A stretch of DNA of 64,000 nucleotides from an uncultured Alphaproteobacteria bacterium (GTDB lineage: Bacteria > Pseudomonadota > Alphaproteobacteria > Methylaequorales > Methylaequoraceae), in the NCBI GenBank assembly GCA_902550225.1, contig CACCYL010000003.1:6213-70212 (forward strand). Reading direction: 5' to 3'. Shown in pieces: positions 57,117 through 64,000 of this stretch. Position 1 is the first letter of the stretch, and every line of letters begins with the position of its first letter. The position numbers and the translations under genes are program-made. The notes below the pieces were generated by a model. The model was not told the DNA's origin, did not search any database, and worked only from the letters and a program-made list of their open reading frames with translations.

Positions 57117-57857
57117 TTAAAACCTAAATTTTTTTAAATGCTTCCACAGCCTTTTCAAACCAGTAGGAGCATTAGTTTTTCTTCGTTTAGGCCACTTTCT
57201 GGTTGGATCAAATATAGTTTGATCCAAGCCAATATCTTCAACAGCGTATTTTTCTAAAATTACAGTGTAGTAACCGAGCTTTTTGTATGATACACCGATA
57301 TCCAGTTCATTCTTATATTTTTCATACCCTCCAATTAATTTGTAGTCTTTCATTCTTTTAACTCCAGGTCTAAATGAGAAGTATCCCCATTCCCAGCCTT
57401 CTTTACAATATACTTCTCTAAATTCAACTCCTCTGTGCTTTTTTAAAGGACCGTAACTAAAAATATCAAGCCTACTTGCACTTTTTTGACTTTCAAGCCA
57501 CACTTGGATAATCTTGGAATCATAGTCTAAAACCTTTAATGAATCTTGAATAAAATTTTTTCTCTTATAAACCCAATCATCCTCACAATGGAAAATATAA
57601 GGTGTCTTAATTAACTTATAAGCGTCAACAATCGATTTTATCTGACCCTTTTTCTTTTTATTGAAAAGAATGTTAAGCTTTTTACCCCATTTTTTGTTAA
57701 TTTTCTTGTATACGTCTTGATCTGCAGAATCTTCAGTTAAATAAAGTTCTTCTAATGGGAAGTTATTAAATTTAAAAAAACTTTCTAGAGTTTGATCCAA
57801 TAGATTTAGCCTTCCACAACTTGTAAGTAAAAAAGACATTTTGTCGTTCATAGTCAA
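57117..57857 (-). CDS. Putative GT-A-fold glycosyltransferase (tentative)
   Basis: N-terminal SFLLTSCGRLNLL...LTEDSAD and HCEDDW acidic motifs resemble GT-A DxD sites. Confidence 0.4.
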   Translation of the reverse strand: MTMNDKMSFLLTSCGRLNLLDQTLESFFKFNNFPLEELYLTEDSADQDVYKKINKKWGKKLNILFNKKKKGQIKSIVDAYKLIKTPYIFHCEDDWVYKRKNFIQDSLKVLDYDSKIIQVWLESQKSASRLDIFSYGPLKKHRGVEFREVYCKEGWEWGYFSFRPGVKRMKDYKLIGGYEKYKNELDIGVSYKKLGYYTVILEKYAVEDIGLDQTIFDPTRKWPKRRKTNAPTGLKRLWKHLKKFRF

Positions 57858-57907
57858 CTGAGCTTAAGAAGTTTGGTTTTTAAGTTAAAATAAATATTTT
57901 ATTATCT

Positions 57908-59353
57908 TCAAAAGGGAAGTTTTGTAGTTCCCATCAAAAATTTGTCAACATTATGAGCTACTTGTCTTCCTTCTTTTATTGCCCAAACAACTAAAGATTG
58001 TCCCCTTCTCATGTCTCCAGAAACAAAAACCTTTTTTATATTTGTTTTATAATCAATATCATTTGCTTCAACATTGCCTCTCTTATCAAGTTTAATTCCT
58101 GAATCTTTTACAAGTTTGTCTTTAATAGGATGAACAAAACCCATAGCTAATAAAACTAAATCAGCTTTCAGCTCAACTTCAGATTCTTTCCCTTGACTGT
58201 CTTTAATGACCATTTGTCCTTCCTCATTTTTTTTCCATTCAACTTTTTTCAAGGTCAAACTCTCTACATTCTTCTGACCATTAAACAGCTTTGTTGAAAC
58301 ACTCCAATTTCTATTTGCACCTTCTTCGTGTGATGATGAAGTTCTTAACTTTAGAGGCCAGTTTGGCCAGGTTAACATCTTGTTTTCTTTAGCTGGAGGT
58401 TTTTCTAAAATTTCAAGTTGGGTTACTGATTTTGCACCTTGACGATTTGATGTTCCAATACAGTCCGACCCAGTGTCTCCTCCACCAATAACAATGACGT
58501 TTTTGTTCTTAGCGGAGAACTCTGGTTCAATCTTAATTTTGTCTCCTTCACAAATTTTATTTTGACGAGTTAGAAAGTCCATTGCAAAGTGAATTCCTTT
58601 TAAATCTCTTCCAGGAATTTTCAAGTCTCTTGGTTGTTCAGAACCACAAGCCAAAACTATAGCATCAAAATCTTTGAGTAATCTATTCATAGATATATCC
58701 TCTCCTATTTTGACATTACATTCGAATGAAACTCCTTCAAGCTTCATCTGCTCAATTCTATTATCAATGAGATGTTTTTCCATTTTAAAATTAGGAATCC
58801 CATACCTTAGTAATCCGCCTATTCTGTCATTTTTTTCAAATAATTTAACGTCATGTCCAGCCCTTGCAAGCTGCTGTGAACAAGCAAGGCCAGCTGGGCC
58901 AGAACCAACAACTGCAATTTTTTTGTTAGTTTTTTTGTTATTAATCACTGGAAGTATCCACCCGTTTTCGTAAGCTTTATCAATGATGGATCTTTCAATA
59001 CTTTTAATTGTTACAGGACTGTCGTCTATGTTGAGTGTGCATGCTGCCTCACAAGGAGCGGGACATATTCTACTTGTAAATTCTGGAAAATTGTTAGTTG
59101 AATGAAGAACATCTAGTGCTACTTTCCAATCCTTTTCATAAACAAGATTATTCCATTCTGGAATAATGTTGTTAATTGGGCACGAGTCGTGGCAGTAAGG
59201 AATTCCGCAATCCATACAACGAGATGCTTGCTCGTTTAATGTTTTTTCAGGAAATGGAAGTACAAACTCATCAAAATTTCTTAAGCGAGATTTTGGCGCT
59301 ATCGATTTACTTTCAGCTCTATCGTGTTCTAGAAATCCTGTTACTTTTGCCAT
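57908..59353 (-). CDS. gltD: Glutamate synthase (NADPH) small subunit
   Basis: [12 protein letters not shown] and CPAPCEAAC Fe-S motifs, with [10 protein letters not shown] and [10 protein letters not shown] dinucleotide folds. Confidence 0.95.
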   Translation of the reverse strand: MAKVTGFLEHDRAESKSIAPKSRLRNFDEFVLPFPEKTLNEQASRCMDCGIPYCHDSCPINNIIPEWNNLVYEKDWKVALDVLHSTNNFPEFTSRICPAPCEAACTLNIDDSPVTIKSIERSIIDKAYENGWILPVINNKKTNKKIAVVGSGPAGLACSQQLARAGHDVKLFEKNDRIGGLLRYGIPNFKMEKHLIDNRIEQMKLEGVSFECNVKIGEDISMNRLLKDFDAIVLACGSEQPRDLKIPGRDLKGIHFAMDFLTRQNKICEGDKIKIEPEFSAKNKNVIVIGGGDTGSDCIGTSNRQGAKSVTQLEILEKPPAKENKMLTWPNWPLKLRTSSSHEEGANRNWSVSTKLFNGQKNVESLTLKKVEWKKNEEGQMVIKDSQGKESEVELKADLVLLAMGFVHPIKDKLVKDSGIKLDKRGNVEANDIDYKTNIKKVFVSGDMRRGQSLVVWAIKEGRQVAHNVDKFLMGTTKLPF

Positions 59354-62300
59354 AGATTTACAACCTTGGAATCTGTTTCTTTGCCAATTCGTTCTAATAA
59401 AACATTTTCAAAATCTATAGGAAGGATCTTTACGAAATTCTGGAGTTCATTTTCAAAATTATCTAGTATTGATTCTGCAATTGATGAACCAGTATAATTA
59501 AGGTGTTTTTTTAACATTTCTTTTATCCTCAATTCATCATTAAATAGAAAATTATACTTGTCAAAAAGTTTTTCAGGTAAAATGTGTTTACTTTTCTTGA
59601 CGCCTAAGATGTTTACCATAGACATGTTACATTTATTTTTAAAATCCTTCTGTTTTTGATAGACATAGGCAATGCCACCGCTCATACCAGCACCAAAATT
59701 TACACCTGTATTTCCAAGAACCATAATCACACCACCTGTCATGTATTCACAGCAATGATCACCGGTACCCTCAACAACAGCTATCGCTCCAGAATTTCGA
59801 ACTGCAAACCTTTCACCAGCCATTCCTGAAAAATAACATTCACCCGAAATTGCTCCGTACAAAACTGTATTACCAACTATGATATTCTTTTCTGACTTAT
59901 AGGTTGAGTCTTTGAATGGTCTGATTATTATTTTTCCGCCAGAAAGACCCTTGCCCACGTAATCGTTTCCTTCGCCAGACAAGGATATTGTAATGCCTGA
60001 AGATAAAAAAGTTCCTAAGCTTTGTCCTGCAGTTCCTTCAAGATTAATAACTATTGAATCTTCTCTGAGTCCTTTGTGACCGAATTTTTTAGCAATGATA
60101 CCAGAGAGCATGGCTCCAAGACTTCTGTCGGTATTCTTCACTAATTTATTTATGGTAATGGTTGAAACCTTTTTTTCAATTACTGGGCTACTTTCTTCTA
60201 TAAGTTTTATGTCAAATACTTGATCTAGATCGTGATCCTGCTCTGATGAATTAAACACATCATCTCTATTCTCGAATTCTGGTTTGTATAAGATCTTGGA
60301 AAGATCAATATTCTTAGCTTTCCAATGCTCAATAGCTTTATTTTTAGTCATAAGCTCCGACCTGCCAATAAGATCCTCGAATTTTTCAATTCCTAATTCA
60401 GACATAATTTCTCTTACCTCTTCTGCAACGAGGAAAAAATAGTTTATGACATGCTCTGGCGTACCTTGAAATTTCTTCCTTAATGATTCATTTTGAGTTG
60501 CTATACCTACAGGACATGTATTTAAATGACATTTTCTCATCATTATACATCCCACTGAGACCAGAGGAGCAGTAGAAAATCCAAATTCGTCAGCGCCTAA
60601 CAATGCACCGACAACAACATCCCTGCCCGTTTTCAAACCGCCATCAACTTGAAGAGAAATTCTGTTTCTTAATTTATTCATTACAAGAGTCTGATGCGTT
60701 TCTGCCAAACCAAGTTCCCATGGTGTACCAGCGTTTTTAATTGATGTAAGAGGAGATGCACCAGTTCCTCCGTCATATCCAGCGATTGTTATGTGGTCAG
60801 CTTTACATTTAGTAACCCCAGCAGCAACGACTCCAACTCCAAATTCAGACACTAATTTTACACTAATTCTAGCTTGTTGATTAACATTTTTAAGGTCGTA
60901 AATTAACTGTGCCAAGTCCTCTATGGAATAGATGTCGTGGTGGGGAGGTGGAGAGATCAAACCAACACCAGGTGTTGAGTGTCTAACGCTTGCTATCTTA
61001 TCATCTACTTTATGACCTGGAAGTTGTCCACCTTCACCTGGCTTCGCTCCCTGGCTAATTTTTATCTGAATATCTTTAGCATTTACTAAATATTCTGTTG
61101 TAACTCCAAACCTTCCTGAAGCTACCTGTTTAATAGCACTTTTCATTGAATCACCATTTTTTAGTGTTATAAATCGTTCTGGTTCCTCGCCGCCCTCACC
61201 AGTATTAGATTTACCGCCAATTCTATTCATTGCTAATGCAAGGGTAGTGTGGGCTTCTCGTGAAATTGATCCATAAGACATTGCCCCTGTAGAAAATCTT
61301 TTAACAATCTCGGACGCAGGTTCAACATGTTTTAATGGTATTGGGCGGCGCTTCTCAAATTCAAACAGGCTTCTGATTGTGAACATAGATTTATTATGAT
61401 CATTAATTTTTTCAGAGAACTCTTTGAATGATTCTTTAGAATTTATTCTTACTGCTTTTTGAAGATTAGTAATGGTTTTTGGTGACCAAGCATGTTTTTC
61501 TCCTCTTATTCTAAAAGCATATTCACCTCCCACATCTAGGTTAGTGGTTTCTTTGTTTATTAAAGATGATTGTGAGTATCTGTTTATTGTCTCTTCTTTT
61601 ATTTGTCGAAGAGTCAAACCTCCAATTAAGGTGGCAGTACCTGGAAAATATTTATCGATCACGTCCTCTGAGATTCCAACAGCGTCGAAGATTTGAGCTC
61701 CACAATATGATTTGAGAGTAGATATTCCCATTTTTGACATTATTTTTTGAATCGCTTTACCAGATGCTTTTATAAAATTGTTCTCAGATACGTTGTAGTT
61801 TTTGTCCCCAACTAAGTTGTGTATCGTATCAAAAACTAAGTAAGGGTTAATAGCTTCAGCTCCATATCCAAATAAAACTGCGAAGTGATGAAGTTCTCGA
61901 GCTTCACCAGTTTCGATAACCAAACTTGTCTTCATTCGCAACCCTTCCTTTATTAAGTAATGATGAATCGCAGAAACGGCTAATAAAGACGGAATTGGAG
62001 CATTGACTTTGGAAACGTTTTTGTCAGAAAGAATTAAAATATTTGACCCATCTAGAATTTGTGATTTAGCCTCAAAACAGATTCTCTCAAGTGCATCTCT
62101 CAATTCAATTTCTTTGGTTGAGTTTTTAAATAGAATTTCTATGACAGAAGCTTTAAGTTTTCCTTTAGTGTTATTTTCAATATTCTTAATTTTAGAAATT
62201 TCTTTGTTGGTTAATATAGGTTGCTTTAACTCAAGTCTTGCATTTGTATTCTGCTCTGGTGAATCAAAAATATTTGGTTTTTCTCCAAGTGTCATATCAA

Positions 62301-63906
62301 GAGACATTACTAGTTCTTCTCTAATAGGGTCGATTGGGGGGTTAGTGACTTGTGCAAAACATTGTTTAAAGTAAGAAAAGAGAAGCTTTGGTTTGTCTGA
62401 AAGAAGTGATATTGGAGTATCTGTACCCATAGAACCTATTGGTTCGATACCAAGTTTTAGGATAGGCTCTATAAAGAAATTAATATCCTCCTTTGTATAA
62501 CCAAAACAAACTTGCATCTTTTTTAAAACATCTTCTTCTAAAAAAGTGATTTCATCTGCAGTTTCCAGATCATCAAGAAAAATCTGTGATTTATCTAGCG
62601 ACTTTCTATAGTCATATTTTGCTGATAGTTTTGATTTTATCTCTTCGTTATCAATAACTCTTTTTTCAATTAAATCTATTAGAAAGATCTTTCCAGGTTC
62701 GAGTCTCCACCTCTTTACAACTGTTTTAGGGTCAATATTCAATACACCCATTTCAGATGAAAGAAGGATCATACCATCGTCAGTTTGAACATATCTTGAC
62801 GGTCTTAACCCGTTTCTATCAAGAATGGCCCCTATTTTTTTCCCATTGGTAAAACACATGGCTGCCGGTCCATCCCACGGCTCTATGTAATTGGAATAAT
62901 ATTCGTAATAATCTTTCATTGAAGAATTCTGAATATTTTTTTCCCAGGCTTCTGGTATTAACAGCATCATTGCGTGTTCGATGCTATAGCCTCCCATCAT
63001 TAAAAATTCAAGAGCATTATCAAAGGCAGCAGAATCTGACAAACCATCAAAAATTAATGGATTCAAATTTTGAAACTCTTTTAAAAAAAATTCAGAATTT
63101 GAAACTGATGCTCTTGCGTTCATCCAATTTGCATTACCTCTCAATGTATTGATTTCACCATTGTGACACAAGAATCTGAAAGGTTGAGCTAACTCCCAAC
63201 TTGGGAATGTGTTGGTTGAAAACCTTTGATGAATAATAGCAAGTGAGGAAATAAACATTTCGTCTTTTAGGTCAAGATAGAAGTCTTTGAGACTGTCAGA
63301 CATAATCATCCCTTTGTAGACAATAACTCTACTTGATAATGAAGAGATGTAGAAATCAAATGATTTCAGTTCAATCTCTATTCTTCTCCTTGCAATAAAA
63401 AGTCTCTGTTCAAACTCATTAATTTTGCTAGCTTGAAATTTTTGCTTTATAAATATCTGAATGACTGACGGCTCATTACCTTTTATTGACTCACCAAGAA
63501 CTTCGTTATTTCTCGGGACTTCTCTGATAAAAAGATTTTCAAGCTTCAGTTTTGTAAGATACTTATCGATCACGTTGATGCAGTGTTGTTTTTCTTCTTG
63601 ATCTCGTGGTAAAAAAAACATGCCAATTGCATAATCATCTGGTCTAGGAAGAATTACATTTTTCTTTGATAGCTCGCCTTGAAAAAATTGATGAGGTATC
63701 TGAACCAAAATCCCTACACCATCTCCGGCTTTTGGGTCAGCGCTAACTGCACCTCGATGAGTAAGATTGCCTAAAACCTTTAAAGCATTTTCTACAATTT
63801 TTCTAGAGGGGATGTCATAAATATTAGCGACAAAACCAATCCCACAGGAATCTTTTTCATTTTTTGGGTCATAAAGACCTTTTTTTGATCTTTTAAACAT
63901 TCTCAT
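59341..63906 (-). CDS. gltB: Glutamate synthase (NADPH) large subunit
   Basis: 1521 aa. N-terminal DSCGIGF amidotransferase Cys1, FMN/Fe-S central domain ([13 protein letters not shown]), and C-terminal GXGG beta-helix repeats. Confidence 0.97.
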   Translation of the reverse strand: MRMFKRSKKGLYDPKNEKDSCGIGFVANIYDIPSRKIVENALKVLGNLTHRGAVSADPKAGDGVGILVQIPHQFFQGELSKKNVILPRPDDYAIGMFFLPRDQEEKQHCINVIDKYLTKLKLENLFIREVPRNNEVLGESIKGNEPSVIQIFIKQKFQASKINEFEQRLFIARRRIEIELKSFDFYISSLSSRVIVYKGMIMSDSLKDFYLDLKDEMFISSLAIIHQRFSTNTFPSWELAQPFRFLCHNGEINTLRGNANWMNARASVSNSEFFLKEFQNLNPLIFDGLSDSAAFDNALEFLMMGGYSIEHAMMLLIPEAWEKNIQNSSMKDYYEYYSNYIEPWDGPAAMCFTNGKKIGAILDRNGLRPSRYVQTDDGMILLSSEMGVLNIDPKTVVKRWRLEPGKIFLIDLIEKRVIDNEEIKSKLSAKYDYRKSLDKSQIFLDDLETADEITFLEEDVLKKMQVCFGYTKEDINFFIEPILKLGIEPIGSMGTDTPISLLSDKPKLLFSYFKQCFAQVTNPPIDPIREELVMSLDMTLGEKPNIFDSPEQNTNARLELKQPILTNKEISKIKNIENNTKGKLKASVIEILFKNSTKEIELRDALERICFEAKSQILDGSNILILSDKNVSKVNAPIPSLLAVSAIHHYLIKEGLRMKTSLVIETGEARELHHFAVLFGYGAEAINPYLVFDTIHNLVGDKNYNVSENNFIKASGKAIQKIMSKMGISTLKSYCGAQIFDAVGISEDVIDKYFPGTATLIGGLTLRQIKEETINRYSQSSLINKETTNLDVGGEYAFRIRGEKHAWSPKTITNLQKAVRINSKESFKEFSEKINDHNKSMFTIRSLFEFEKRRPIPLKHVEPASEIVKRFSTGAMSYGSISREAHTTLALAMNRIGGKSNTGEGGEEPERFITLKNGDSMKSAIKQVASGRFGVTTEYLVNAKDIQIKISQGAKPGEGGQLPGHKVDDKIASVRHSTPGVGLISPPPHHDIYSIEDLAQLIYDLKNVNQQARISVKLVSEFGVGVVAAGVTKCKADHITIAGYDGGTGASPLTSIKNAGTPWELGLAETHQTLVMNKLRNRISLQVDGGLKTGRDVVVGALLGADEFGFSTAPLVSVGCIMMRKCHLNTCPVGIATQNESLRKKFQGTPEHVINYFFLVAEEVREIMSELGIEKFEDLIGRSELMTKNKAIEHWKAKNIDLSKILYKPEFENRDDVFNSSEQDHDLDQVFDIKLIEESSPVIEKKVSTITINKLVKNTDRSLGAMLSGIIAKKFGHKGLREDSIVINLEGTAGQSLGTFLSSGITISLSGEGNDYVGKGLSGGKIIIRPFKDSTYKSEKNIIVGNTVLYGAISGECYFSGMAGERFAVRNSGAIAVVEGTGDHCCEYMTGGVIMVLGNTGVNFGAGMSGGIAYVYQKQKDFKNKCNMSMVNILGVKKSKHILPEKLFDKYNFLFNDELRIKEMLKKHLNYTGSSIAESILDNFENELQNFVKILPIDFENVLLERIGKETDSKVVNLWQK

Positions 63907-64000
63907 TATAATTAATCACGTCTACTGGTATTATTATAATATAGTTATTCAATCATTTATTAACATATTTTTTTCGTAAAAGATTTTACCCATTGTTTCT

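Noticed and set aside
61472-63152. Several 74-123 aa plus-strand ORFs inside gltB, with similar ones inside gltD, proA, proB, mcd, ecm, lysA and ybbP
   Set aside because: All are antisense or shadow frames within long genes with well-supported motifs. They have no start context and low-complexity translations.

Overview
The window is strongly AT-rich and very gene-dense. It looks like a streamlined alphaproteobacterium of the SAR11/Pelagibacterales type. That assignment is an inference from three things: the conserved gene orders rplU-rpmA-obg-proB-proA-nadD-rsfS-rlmH and argH-(small lipoprotein)-lysA, the many ATGA/TAATG start-stop overlaps, and convergent genes that share TTAA stop palindromes. 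No database search was possible.

There are three blocks.

(1) 1-33.3 kb is core housekeeping. It holds gpmI, ribosome and translation factors, proline, methionine, lysine, arginine and aromatic amino-acid biosynthesis genes, and ftsEX. It also holds a compact ethylmalonyl-CoA pathway cluster: ccr, a methylsuccinyl-CoA dehydrogenase-like ACAD, a divergent cobalamin-dependent ecm, a PduO-type adenosyltransferase and etfBA, with phaA/phaB 11 kb away.

(2) 33.3-47.8 kb is an accessory island anchored on an intact tRNA-Leu(CAA). Three further copies of the last 57 nt of that tRNA cut the island into segments, and the copies become more diverged with distance from the gene. Each unit carries 13-bp-phased GTGTGATAG direct repeats. 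I could not recognise any integrase, transposase or phage gene in the island. Its cargo is surface and envelope related: an FkbM methyltransferase, an MFS plus putative outer-membrane barrel plus secreted barrel trio, and an 8-gene operon. The operon combines a Gtr-like module (GT2, GtrA, two GT-C-like membrane proteins) with a tandem nucleotidyltransferase, a PLC/GDPD-like phosphodiesterase, a HAD phosphatase, a class II aldolase-like protein, and a phosphoribulokinase-like kinase domain fused to one of the membrane glycosyltransferase-like proteins. This operon is my best candidate for an undescribed system.

(3) 47.9-64 kb returns to core-like genes: tesA-ybbA-ybbP, hydrolases, an SDR, an MlaC-like protein and gltBD.

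Other points worth a second look:
- an FtsE whose catalytic Walker B Glu and H-loop His appear to be replaced;
- an A9 homopolymer that breaks the 5' end of a Nudix gene coupled to ecm;
- short ORFs missing from the supplied ORF track (an LptM-like lipoprotein and a Cys-rich 44-aa ORF);
- a tRNA-Cys-like sequence with a disrupted acceptor stem.

All functional calls rest on motifs I recognised by eye in the supplied translations. No similarity searches or statistics were run.
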